Source of the DNA: Methanomassiliicoccales archaeon
GTDB taxonomy: Archaea; Thermoplasmatota; Thermoplasmata; Methanomassiliicoccales; JACIVX01
Direction: 5' to 3'
DNA: 64,000 nt
Assembly (NCBI GenBank): GCA_029907465.1
Contig: JARYLV010000003.1
Coordinates: forward strand, 71,168 to 135,167
Below are positions 27,443 through 36,379 of this stretch, in pieces; the first letter of the stretch is position 1; each line of letters begins with the position of its first letter. Below the pieces are notes generated by a model, which saw only the letters and a program-made list of their open reading frames with translations, was not told the origin of the DNA and made no database searches. A program made the translations under genes and the position numbers.

Positions 27443-28379
27443 TCGTCTTCCCTTCCATCATCGATTGCTTCGCTTTCTCGATCATCTCTACTGTCTTCAC
27501 GCCAACGAATCCACTATTCATTGTCTCAGTATGCGGGTCACCGATGGATTTGATAAAATGCAAGAGTTCCGTCCTTATCGTATTATTCCTCTCGATTCCA
27601 AGTTTGTACCAGTATCCACTCTCGTAGACCGTCACTTCCTGACCGACCGCATCGATGACGCAGCAACGCCTTTCACCGACGATCTCGATCTGCCTCACTT
27701 TCTTTGGTGCTAGCCAGCTCAGTGAAGCGCTCGCAATCTCACCGGAAGGCAGCTCTGAGATGATGTATGCCGTTTCTTCCATCTCTTTTCTTCTGAACGG
27801 GCGACCAACACAGGTGATCTTCTTCGGCCAAACACCCAATAAGAAGTTGATAATGTCGAAATAATGAGGGGCCAGATCGACGATGACGTCCCGATCCGGA
27901 TAAGGAGGTTCGAAGTTCACCCAATAGAGGTTCATGAAGAAAATACGCCCAAAAAATCTCTCTCCGATAAGCCTTTTCACCTCCTGCAGTGCATTGTTGA
28001 ACCGATAAATGTGTCCTACAGAGAGCGTCAGGTTCCTCTCCTCCGCGATTTCAACGAGTTTTTGGCCTTCTACAGATGTCAAAGTCATCGGTTTTTCTAC
28101 AAGGACGTGTTTGCCAGCCTCAAGTGCGTCCTTACAGACTTGGTAGTGTAGAGCATTGGGTACGCAGACGTTCACGGCGACGATTGAATCATCGGCGAGT
28201 ATCTCGTGATAATCCCGAGTGACCACCTCGACACCGTACCGATCCTTACAATATTCCAGGTTTTTCTCATCAATATCGGCGACGCCCCGAACCCTTACCC
28301 CTGGTATCCCGCTGTACTCGTCGACGATCTTCCTCCCCCAATATCCGACGCCGATGACCCCGACTTCAAATCGTCTCAT
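27426..28379 (-). CDS. Gfo/Idh/MocA-family NAD-dependent sugar oxidoreductase (WbpB-like)
   Basis: The N-terminal Rossmann motif is FEVGVIGVGYWG, followed by the EKP motif (VLVEKPM). ATG 28379 overlaps the upstream stop as ATGA. Confidence 0.7.
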   Translation of the reverse strand: MRRFEVGVIGVGYWGRKIVDEYSGIPGVRVRGVADIDEKNLEYCKDRYGVEVVTRDYHEILADDSIVAVNVCVPNALHYQVCKDALEAGKHVLVEKPMTLTSVEGQKLVEIAEERNLTLSVGHIYRFNNALQEVKRLIGERFFGRIFFMNLYWVNFEPPYPDRDVIVDLAPHYFDIINFLLGVWPKKITCVGRPFRRKEMEETAYIISELPSGEIASASLSWLAPKKVRQIEIVGERRCCVIDAVGQEVTVYESGYWYKLGIERNNTIRTELLHFIKSIGDPHTETMNSGFVGVKTVEMIEKAKQSMMEGKTIDTHV

Positions 28380-29497
28380 GCTCCTGATCCTCCGTAGAAA
28401 TTGAAAATCTCCTCGCACACATACTTGACATCATCAAGGGAAAGGGTTGGGAACATCGGTAGAGATAAAAGACTCCTTGAGAGAGCTTCACTCACAGGGA
28501 ACATCCCTGATGAGTAGCCAAAGGCCTCAACATATATCGGCTGGAGATGGATCGGAACTGGATAATGGATCCCACATTCAACTCCCTTAGACTCGAGGTG
28601 TCTTGCCAGTTCATCCCTTTTCTTGCACCGTATCACCAAGAGATGGAAAACGGGTTGGACATCGTTTGTACCCATCGGCGGGAGTTTGATCTCCGGTAAA
28701 TCCTGGAGATGTTTCATATAATATCTTGCTATGGCCCTCCTCTTCTCATTCCATTCGTCCAGATATTTTAGTTGCACGAGACCAATCGCCGCATTAACCG
28801 TATTAAGACGCGCGGTGAACCCTAAAACATCGTGAAGATATCGGGAGGTTCGCCCGCAATCCCGTAGTTTGGCGATTGTTTTTGCCAGGGAATCATCGTT
28901 GGTCGTCACCATGCCTCCATCTCCCCCCACAGTCATGTTCTTTGAAGAATAAAAAGAGAAACAACCGAGATCCCCGATTGAGCCCACCTTTTTCCCTTTA
29001 TATATAGCACCATGCGCCTGGGCGGCGTCTTCGACAATCCTCAGTTCTCTCGCTCGCGCAATCTCACAGATTTCATCCATTTGACATGGATATCCAAAAA
29101 GATGAACTGGAAGAATCGTCGAAGTTTTTTTGGAAATCGTCTTTGGGATCTCGTCAGGGTTGAGGTTAAAGTCCTGGTCTGAAACATCGGAAAATCTTGG
29201 GATTCCACCAGCGTGGACAACCGAGTTTGCCGTCGCGATGAAAGAAAGGGGTGTGGTGATGACCTCTTGATTCTTAATGTTAAGTGCGAGAAGTGAGAGA
29301 GTGAGTGCAGCGGTTCCAGAGGAAACTGAAATCGCATAATCGGTTCCGATGTACCTAGCAAATGCTTCCTCGAAGCGATAAACACTCTCTCCGAGAACAA
29401 GTCTCTCGTTCCTCAGCGCATAAATTGCCGCTTCGATCATTTCATCCGTGATCACTGGCTTACTTAATGGTATTCTATTCGTCGATCCCACCCCCAT
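28376..29497 (-). CDS. DegT/DnrJ/EryC1/StrS-family PLP sugar aminotransferase (WbpE-like)
   Basis: The N-terminus is IPLSKPVITDEMIEAA. Later motifs are EDAAQAHGA and FYSSKNMTVG (PLP-binding Lys). Confidence 0.85.
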   Translation of the reverse strand: MGVGSTNRIPLSKPVITDEMIEAAIYALRNERLVLGESVYRFEEAFARYIGTDYAISVSSGTAALTLSLLALNIKNQEVITTPLSFIATANSVVHAGGIPRFSDVSDQDFNLNPDEIPKTISKKTSTILPVHLFGYPCQMDEICEIARARELRIVEDAAQAHGAIYKGKKVGSIGDLGCFSFYSSKNMTVGGDGGMVTTNDDSLAKTIAKLRDCGRTSRYLHDVLGFTARLNTVNAAIGLVQLKYLDEWNEKRRAIARYYMKHLQDLPEIKLPPMGTNDVQPVFHLLVIRCKKRDELARHLESKGVECGIHYPVPIHLQPIYVEAFGYSSGMFPVSEALSRSLLSLPMFPTLSLDDVKYVCEEIFNFYGGSGA

Positions 29498-29963
29498 TAC
29501 GATCTTCCAATTTTTTCACCACTCTGGCTGGGTTTCCGACTACAAGCGTATTTGGGGGGACATCTTTTGTAACAACAGCTCCCGCACCAACCATCGCGTT
29601 TTCGCCGATGGTAACCCCACAAATAATCACAGCACCAGCTCCTATCGATGCACCGCGTTTTACGAGCGTTGGAATAATCTTCCATTCACCAACTGCTCTC
29701 GGACGAATGTCGTTTGTAAAAACAGCGTGTGGCCCGATGAAGACTTCGTCCTCGATCACAACACCTGAAGGTATGTAAGAGAACGCCTCGATCTTGCATC
29801 TGTCCCCGACTTTCACCCCCCTTTGAATTTCAACAAATGCAGCGATCTTGCAATCTCGACCGATCGTACAGCCGTAAAGATTTACAAATTCCCTTACAAC
29901 TGTTCCTTCCCCGATCGTGCAATCCTCAATTGAATAATACTTGGCAAAGAGCTTCATTTTCAT
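29475..29963 (-). CDS. Left-handed beta-helix (hexapeptide) N-acetyltransferase (WbpD-like)
   Basis: Hexapeptide repeats end in IGENAMVGAGAVVTKDVPPNTLVVGNPARV. The start at ATG 29963 lies about 25 nt after a TATA-like AATATTTA. The track start at 29984 overlaps that TATA element. Confidence 0.75.
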   Translation of the reverse strand: MKMKLFAKYYSIEDCTIGEGTVVREFVNLYGCTIGRDCKIAAFVEIQRGVKVGDRCKIEAFSYIPSGVVIEDEVFIGPHAVFTNDIRPRAVGEWKIIPTLVKRGASIGAGAVIICGVTIGENAMVGAGAVVTKDVPPNTLVVGNPARVVKKLEDRNGGGIDE

Positions 29964-30119
29964 CGACCAATGCAATCTGGGCATTAATATTTATTGTCGA
30001 ACTATGCGACCAGAGTCTTTAAATTAAATTATATTGTCGAAAACAACCTGCCACCAAATCAACGATCAATAGAGTTCATCGAAATTGTGATAAGCTTCTG
30101 AGAGCTTATCCAGCGATAG

Positions 30120-30914
30120 ATGCTTGTCAGCGTTGTTCTTAATGTAATGAACGAGGAAAGGAACATATCCGATCTTCTGGACAGCCTCGTAATTCAAGAA
30201 ATGCCGGTAGAGATCATTGTAGTAGACGCAAACAGCAAGGATAGAACGCGAGAAATCGTGAAGGCATACGCCGAGAGGTATCCATTCATCAAACTTTACG
30301 TTAAGTGGGGGACAAGGGGGGAAAGTACGAACTACGGCATTTCGAAGGCAGCTGGAGAAATTATCGCATTTACGGGGGGTGATTGTATTGTTAATCCTTT
30401 CTGGGTCAAAGAACTCAGAAAAACGATTGTAGAAGGGGCTGATATCGTCGCAGGGAGGACGATTAATTTGGGACCTGAAGCGTGGGAGGATTTAGAACGT
30501 GTCGAATTATATCATAGAGGATTTGATGTTTCCTTTCCAAGTTGCAATATGGCATTTCGCAGAGAGGTTCTCGAGAAAGTGGGCGGATTTGATCCCTGGT
30601 TCATCACAGCAGAAGACATTGATCTGAATTACAGAGCCGTTGAAGCAGGATACTCAATTAGATACAACCCCAATGCGATTGTTTACCACAGGACGAAAGG
30701 CACTGTCTACAAATTTTTTAGACAGGCTTTTTGGAACGGTGTCGGTAGAAAACAGCTCACATTCAAGCACGGCAGACTCTGGAGTTCCTATGATCCAATC
30801 AAAATGTTCAAACAAAAAGTTAACGCATGGTCATTGATGAGACTCACATGCGCCCTCATGGGTTATATCGCATTCAAATTCTTTGGCGATAAGGGCCCAT
30901 ACGGAAAGAAATAA
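30120..30914 (+). CDS. Glycosyltransferase family 2
   Basis: The motifs are VSVVLNVMNEE, VVDANSKDRT, and TGGDCIV and TAEDIDL (acidic motifs). Confidence 0.75.
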   Translation: MLVSVVLNVMNEERNISDLLDSLVIQEMPVEIIVVDANSKDRTREIVKAYAERYPFIKLYVKWGTRGESTNYGISKAAGEIIAFTGGDCIVNPFWVKELRKTIVEGADIVAGRTINLGPEAWEDLERVELYHRGFDVSFPSCNMAFRREVLEKVGGFDPWFITAEDIDLNYRAVEAGYSIRYNPNAIVYHRTKGTVYKFFRQAFWNGVGRKQLTFKHGRLWSSYDPIKMFKQKVNAWSLMRLTCALMGYIAFKFFGDKGPYGKK

Positions 30915-30957
30915 GAGGCGATTACCCTGCAAACACTGAAATAAAAACTTATTTTTA

Positions 30958-31668
30958 ATGAGAAGACAAATCAGAGGCCGGGGGGCTCAGCTGAAAGTTT
31001 CGATCATCATCCCGACGATGAATGAAGAAGAATCAATCGGCAAAGTCATCGATGACGTCCATTTAGCAATGAGAAACACGGATTATCAGTACGAAATCCT
31101 TGTGGTTGATACAAATTCACGGGACAGAACAAGAGAGATTGCGATGGACAAAGGAGCAGTTGTTATCGAGGAACCTAGAAGAGGATATGGTAGAGCTTAC
31201 AAGACAGGTTTTCAAATGGCGAAGGGCGATATCCTTGTGACACTTGACGCCGACTCCTCATATCCCGCAGAAATGATTCCTCGACTCATTGGTACTCTCC
31301 TTCAGGAAAACATTGAATTTATCACAACGAACCGGTTTGGTAAGATGGAGGAAAGTGCGATGAGCCTTAAGCACCGGATTGGAAACAGGATTCTGACAGC
31401 CACGACGAACATTCTTTTCGGAATCCGCGTCAAAGATTCACAATCAGGTATGTGGGTCTTCAGAAAGGAATGCTTGAGCAAGATGAATTTGACCAGCGAC
31501 GGTATGCCCTTTTCTGAGGAGATCAAGATCGAGGCGTTCAAGAAAACCCGTGCGATAGAATTGCCAATCGAGTACAGGAAAAGGATAGGAGAGGTTAAAC
31601 TTTCATCGTGGAAAGATGGTTGGCAGAATCTCTCGTTTCTATTCAGAAAAAGGTTCTCTGGACATTAA
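30958..31668 (+). CDS. Glycosyltransferase family 2 (dolichyl-phosphate glycosyltransferase-like)
   Basis: The motifs are VSIIIPTMNEEESI, VVDTNSRDRT and TLDADSSYP (DxD). The size and layout resemble Dpm1/AglD-type enzymes. Confidence 0.75.
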   Translation: MRRQIRGRGAQLKVSIIIPTMNEEESIGKVIDDVHLAMRNTDYQYEILVVDTNSRDRTREIAMDKGAVVIEEPRRGYGRAYKTGFQMAKGDILVTLDADSSYPAEMIPRLIGTLLQENIEFITTNRFGKMEESAMSLKHRIGNRILTATTNILFGIRVKDSQSGMWVFRKECLSKMNLTSDGMPFSEEIKIEAFKKTRAIELPIEYRKRIGEVKLSSWKDGWQNLSFLFRKRFSGH

Positions 31669-32216
31669 TCCTCATCATTTACCATTTCTGGCAAATACTC
31701 CTTTGCAATTTCAACGCTCCTCCTCAGTGCTTCTCTTGCACGCGCGCTGTAAAGACAAGCGGCCGGGTGATACGTCGGAATAACGAGTGACATTGTGTTT
31801 CCGATTGCCACCTGCAGAATCCTATTCGCCTCTTCTTCTAGTTTCACATCTCGACCAAGCAGATTAAGACATGCAGTCCGGCCCATCGCAATAATGACTT
31901 TCTTCCCGACCAGTTCTTCCATAAGGAATGGGAGGCAGGCGCTCATTTCATCCTTTTTAGGCCTTCTATTATTTGGCGGCCTACATTTCACAACGTTCGT
32001 GATCAGGACTTCTTTCCTCGAAAGTCCAACTTCTTCCATAATGCGGTCGAGCATCTTGCCAGCCCTGCCAACGAAAGGCCTACCAGTCTTGTCCTCCTTT
32101 TCCCCGGGTGCCTCCCCGAGAAAGCATATCGGCGAATTCATATCGCCCTCTGGTGGAACAACCTGCGTCCGAGATGATGACAAGCGACAGCGCCGACAAT
32201 GGGGGTCAAAACGCAT
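31665..32216 (-). CDS. udg: Uracil-DNA glycosylase, family 4
   Basis: The motifs are GEAPGEKEDKTGRPFVGRAGKMLD and TYHPAA, plus an N-terminal CRRC that fits an Fe-S cluster. The start at ATG 32216 (MRFDPH…) minimises the overlap with pyrE. Confidence 0.85.
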   Translation of the reverse strand: MRFDPHCRRCRLSSSRTQVVPPEGDMNSPICFLGEAPGEKEDKTGRPFVGRAGKMLDRIMEEVGLSRKEVLITNVVKCRPPNNRRPKKDEMSACLPFLMEELVGKKVIIAMGRTACLNLLGRDVKLEEEANRILQVAIGNTMSLVIPTYHPAACLYSARAREALRRSVEIAKEYLPEMVNDED

Positions 32217-32745
32217 GTTGTTTCCCCAGCAAATCAGTTGAACTGAGAAGGGGTATGAGTTCGACATTTATCGAGCTCAGAAAATCTCTCCCACCCTCTT
32301 CCCTGTCGACGACGGCAATAACAAAATCAACAACTGCCCCGTTCTCTCTTAGTAACATCACCGCTTCCGCAGCCGAACGAGCGGAGGTGACGACGTCCTC
32401 AATAACAACCACGCGATCACCTACTTCAATAGATCCTTCAATCATTTTCCCAGTACCGTGATCCTTCCTCTCTTTCCGGACCATGAGGAAGGGGACACCT
32501 GTTTTGAGAGAGAGCGCGACTGCAAGAGGTACCGATCCAAGTACTACACCCGCGATCTTATCATATTTTATGTTTCGCTTTGTCAAAACTGAATACATAC
32601 CATCCGCGATAATTGAAAGGACGGAAGGGTCTGTAGTCGCCTTTTTGATGTCGATATAATATCCGCTCTTTCTCCCCGACGCGAGGGTGAAATCGCCGTA
32701 CATAAGGGCTCCGCAATTTAACAATGCATCCTTGACTCCCTGCAT
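32206..32745 (-). CDS. pyrE: Orotate phosphoribosyltransferase
   Basis: The motifs are GDFTLASGRKSGYYID and the PRPP-binding loop VVVIEDVVTSARSA. Confidence 0.85.
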   Translation of the reverse strand: MQGVKDALLNCGALMYGDFTLASGRKSGYYIDIKKATTDPSVLSIIADGMYSVLTKRNIKYDKIAGVVLGSVPLAVALSLKTGVPFLMVRKERKDHGTGKMIEGSIEVGDRVVVIEDVVTSARSAAEAVMLLRENGAVVDFVIAVVDREEGGRDFLSSINVELIPLLSSTDLLGKQHAF

Positions 32746-32749
32746 GAAA

Positions 32750-33313
32750 TCACCAAGGAACACTCTTCTTACCTAATTTGTACCCTATGATATTGACGAC
32801 TCTGTGAAGAATCGGAACGGCAGCGATCAACACGACCAGCGATAAAATGCGTTCGCCGGCAATGAAGTTATTGATGAACCAATCTGGATAAAAGATGACC
32901 ACGAGGACGATCGACCCAACGAGGAAGTCATATTGATCGAGTACTGGCGCCTTCGCACCTCTTTCAATGCCGAGACGCCGTTTAATGAACGATCCCCCCA
33001 TATCGCCAAGCAGGGAGCCTAATGATAGTAGGAAGATGATGCCAAGACCTCTTGAACAAGACTCGAAACCCCAAAAGTTCTGCGGGTCGAAACTGAATGC
33101 GATCATAAGCATGAGAATGCCCAAAGACACCCCGGCCGAGACGCCACCGATGAGGCCGAGCCACGTTTTACCATCACCGAAGATTCTCTTCCCGCGGAAA
33201 CTCTTGCCAAAATCAACGGGAGGCCCACCACCAAAGACCACTGCGGCGGGGTTAGGAATCAGAGAGGGGAGCATCAACCACAGGCCGCTCAGGGCGACAT
33301 GCAACAAATCCAT
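32750..33313 (-). CDS. carS: CDP-archaeol synthase (DUF46/CarS)
   Basis: The protein is polytopic. The motifs PVDFGKSFRGKRIFGDGKTWLGLIGG and GSFIKRRLG are typical of CarS. Confidence 0.75.
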   Translation of the reverse strand: MDLLHVALSGLWLMLPSLIPNPAAVVFGGGPPVDFGKSFRGKRIFGDGKTWLGLIGGVSAGVSLGILMLMIAFSFDPQNFWGFESCSRGLGIIFLLSLGSLLGDMGGSFIKRRLGIERGAKAPVLDQYDFLVGSIVLVVIFYPDWFINNFIAGERILSLVVLIAAVPILHRVVNIIGYKLGKKSVPW

Positions 33314-33321
33314 CAGGCCGT

Positions 33322-35289
33322 TTATCCCGAACTCTTCGTATCAACTTTTCGCATCTTCGTGGCTTCAGTTGAAACTCTTCGTTCCTTTTCTCTTTCTTCA
33401 AAGAAGCGGAGTACATCACCAAGGGGATCTTGCGTGAGCTCGAGTTCGATACGGTCAGAAAATTGTCTTGCCCTTCGATCGAGTATGATGGCAACGCCGA
33501 TATCCGTGTCCGTTCTGATCAACCTTCCAATGGCCTGAAGCATCCGGCGATAGGCAGGCGCCCTCACCGTGTATTCCCACCCTCGACCAAACTTCATTTC
33601 ATAATAATGGAGAAGGGCTCTCTGTTTAGCCGTTGGCTTGGGATAAGGAATTCCTACGACAAATGCGAGTTCAAGCTCTCGATCTGGAAAATCGAGACCT
33701 TCGCTAACCCTCCCCCCAACAACGGCGAAAAGCACGGCGCCCTGCTCTGCGCCTTCCCTGAACCGCGTCACCGTCTCCATCAACTCACTCTGGCTCATGC
33801 CACGCTCTTCGACGTGAACCTTTCGTTTGATTCGATACAAGATTCCATTCGAGAGAAGACGCTGCAGAAGGTTGAAAGAAGGAAAGAAGACGACGGTATT
33901 CCGTCTTACCCCGTTACAGATGTTCACGATATAATCCTCAATCTTCTCCACGATCTCCTGGTCCTGCGCGAGATCTTCGTATTTAGTCGTTACGTCATCG
34001 ACAAAAAGAATCTTACGGTTCCTTTTAGGAAAAGGGGATGGAAAAGACTTCATGGGCGAATTAAGAGGAAGGCCAATAGAATCCCTATATTCATTCAGAG
34101 GGGAGAGCGTACCTGACATATGAACAGTAGCGGCGCATTCGAGGAGAGGAGCACACGCAATCGATGGGTCCAGACAATAGCTCTCAAATGATGGGTTGTC
34201 ACCACCGAGGATGAGCTTTACGTAGTAACGCTCCTCAATATTCATCCAAAAATTGAGAAAGGCGCCGAGCGAGAAGATGTAGGACCTTGGTAATCGCCCT
34301 GCTTCCTTTTTCCTTTCCCTAATTATCTCTCCCTGCACCATTAACTCTCTTGTTGCCAACTCCAACATCTTTGATGTGAGGGTGAAGGCATGCAATAGAC
34401 GCTCCTCAAGAAAATTCGTTGGCAGTAATCCGTCCTCATCAAGAAGATACTCTTCGACCGCTGAATCGAGGGCTTCGTGCATTACTGACACGATGTCAAG
34501 GATGCTGACCCCGTCAAGAATCTCGAGGTCCCCAAACTCATCCACTTCCCTCTCCACATGCCGTAACGATTTCCTTGATAGATTCAGCGTTCTCACTTCT
34601 CTCGCATAATCCAGCAGATTATGAGCTTCGTCAACAACGACAACCAAATCAGAAATCGGCACTGACATCCAGTCGAGGAGTGCATCCCGGATGAATTGAA
34701 CGAAGAAGTACGCATAAGGCGCTGTCACGACCACCGCTTTTGATGCTAGCTCTTTCGCAAGTTCGTACGGACAGATACCCCTTCCGTCGCAGTAATCCAC
34801 AAATTCTTCCACAGTGGGTATCTCAGAAAACACATATCTCTCGATTTCATCAAAAGGTGTCGCGATTGTTTCTTCGTAAAACCTGCACCCGCCTTCGAGC
34901 TCATCGACCGTGCGCCTCTTCTTTTCTGCGCAGAGCCTCGAAAGCTCCTCCGGCGTACCAGACCTCAATTCAGGGTCCCGCCGAGCAAGCGGACACGTAC
35001 TTTGCCTCCCCTGGAGACCTAGACCATAGACAGGGCGTATCCCGTTAATTCGCCTGAGCTCTTTCAGCACCTGCTGTTGCTGAGAGTTTGTCCGCGTTAA
35101 ATACAGAATCTTTTTTCCAGTATCGAGGGACGCACTCAAACAACCTACAAGCGCGCAGATCGTCTTTCCACTCCCCGTACCGGATTCGATGATAATGTGT
35201 TGTTTATTCCTTACCGCAGCGACAATATCCTCGACGATTTCGCGCTGACCAGGCCTCGGACGATACGGGAAAAGATCCATTTCATCCAT
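33322..35289 (-). CDS. xpd: XPD/Rad3-family Fe-S DNA helicase
   Basis: The motifs are Walker A GTGSGKT and the DEAH box VVVDEAHNL. A Cys cluster lies between them (CPLARR…C…C…C). The C-terminal helicase motif is GRLIRTDTD. Confidence 0.85.
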   Translation of the reverse strand: MDEMDLFPYRPRPGQREIVEDIVAAVRNKQHIIIESGTGSGKTICALVGCLSASLDTGKKILYLTRTNSQQQQVLKELRRINGIRPVYGLGLQGRQSTCPLARRDPELRSGTPEELSRLCAEKKRRTVDELEGGCRFYEETIATPFDEIERYVFSEIPTVEEFVDYCDGRGICPYELAKELASKAVVVTAPYAYFFVQFIRDALLDWMSVPISDLVVVVDEAHNLLDYAREVRTLNLSRKSLRHVEREVDEFGDLEILDGVSILDIVSVMHEALDSAVEEYLLDEDGLLPTNFLEERLLHAFTLTSKMLELATRELMVQGEIIRERKKEAGRLPRSYIFSLGAFLNFWMNIEERYYVKLILGGDNPSFESYCLDPSIACAPLLECAATVHMSGTLSPLNEYRDSIGLPLNSPMKSFPSPFPKRNRKILFVDDVTTKYEDLAQDQEIVEKIEDYIVNICNGVRRNTVVFFPSFNLLQRLLSNGILYRIKRKVHVEERGMSQSELMETVTRFREGAEQGAVLFAVVGGRVSEGLDFPDRELELAFVVGIPYPKPTAKQRALLHYYEMKFGRGWEYTVRAPAYRRMLQAIGRLIRTDTDIGVAIILDRRARQFSDRIELELTQDPLGDVLRFFEEREKERRVSTEATKMRKVDTKSSG

Positions 35290-35386
35290 GACATTTGAGA
35301 GTCAAACAATACCCTTTCGGAGAGGTCATCGAAATTGTTGACTTATCGATGATGCCAAAAACCGTCAGACTTGAATGACGAATCAT

Positions 35387-35794
35387 TCAATTTCTTTGCC
35401 AGACATCATCTGGAATTTCATCGTACACAGAATCGACTTCGTTATCGAAATGCTTATTCGATCCATTCATCTCAAGCAATTCGAGTATCCTCTCTTTCCT
35501 GAAAAGCCAATAATGGATCCTCCATTCTCTTCCATCATATAGCGTAGTTTCTTCCCGCTCGGTTGTCAAGATGCCAGTGTCCTCAAGCATGTAAAACGCA
35601 TCTCTGTCTTCGGGCTCAAGGATATTATCGATAATCCGTTCGCTGTATCCGAAGAAATTCATGATGTGAGTAGCCATCGCTTTCGCTTGATCTTCAGGCA
35701 TGCCATTCCTGTCGATGCTATTCCTAATCGCCCTAGCCAAATCATCAACAGTAAACGTTGATGACTTACCGTTGTTGCCATTGTTAGGTGACAT
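35387..35794 (-). CDS. Hypothetical acidic protein (135 aa)
   Basis: The ORF has plausible composition, and ATG 35794 is preceded by GCGGAG. No motif is recognised. The most distinctive segment is YDGREWRIHYW. Confidence 0.5.
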   Translation of the reverse strand: MSPNNGNNGKSSTFTVDDLARAIRNSIDRNGMPEDQAKAMATHIMNFFGYSERIIDNILEPEDRDAFYMLEDTGILTTEREETTLYDGREWRIHYWLFRKERILELLEMNGSNKHFDNEVDSVYDEIPDDVWQRN

Positions 35795-36003
35795 GACAGG
35801 TCCGCTCCGCACGAAGTTAACGGGTTCTTAGAACTTTCTATGAAATAGAAGGTTGATTGAAATTTAGAGAATCTCTATTTAAACATTTTGCGAACACCGA
35901 CCTTTGAAAAAAGGTTCTCTTTACTAATATAGATTAAGATTAGCTAAAGAATGAAAAAACCATCAGCTTTTTGTATCCCTATATTCCTTTTAAAGAGGGA
36001 ATC

Positions 36004-36294
36004 ATGATCGCCGAATTCAGTATTGTTCCAATAGGAAAGGGAGAGAGTCTGAGTGGGTTCGTGGCCGAATGTATCAAGATCGTGAAGGAGAGCGGCATTA
36101 AATATCAGCTCACACCGATGTGCACAATCCTCGAGGGCGAATACGACGATGTCATGGAAGTCATCAAGAAATGTCACATGAAGATTATGAGCATGTGCGA
36201 TCGGGCACTGACATCTATCAAGATCGATGATAGGAAAGGACGGAAAGACGCGATGACTGAAAAAGTGAGAAGTGTTAGAGAGAAGCTCGAGTAA
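36004..36294 (+). CDS. MTH1187/YkoF-like (UPF0045, thiamine-binding-type) protein
   Basis: MIAEFSIVPIGKGESLSGFVAECIKIVKESGIKYQLTPMCTILEGE matches the MTH1187-family beta-alpha-beta fold signature. ATG 36004 is preceded by AGAGGGA. Confidence 0.7.
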   Translation: MIAEFSIVPIGKGESLSGFVAECIKIVKESGIKYQLTPMCTILEGEYDDVMEVIKKCHMKIMSMCDRALTSIKIDDRKGRKDAMTEKVRSVREKLE

Positions 36295-36379
36295 ATGAGT
36301 AAATGGCGAAAATAAACAACTACCCGTATAAGCAGTCTTCATGACCCCTGAGCGACTCCGAACCTCATTTACAAATCAA

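Noticed and set aside
35345-35400. A C/D-box sRNA-like pattern (GATGATGC … ATGACGA) was noticed.
   Set aside because: Both boxes deviate from the RUGAUGA consensus and no CUGA D or D' boxes lie at the right spacing. The segment also overlaps the 3' end of a CDS.
35813-36003. A TPP riboswitch was sought upstream of the MTH1187/YkoF-like (thiamine-binding-type) gene.
   Set aside because: I could find no CUGAGA or ACCUGAUCUGGAUAAUGCCAGCG-like conserved cores. The region is simply AT-rich promoter DNA.
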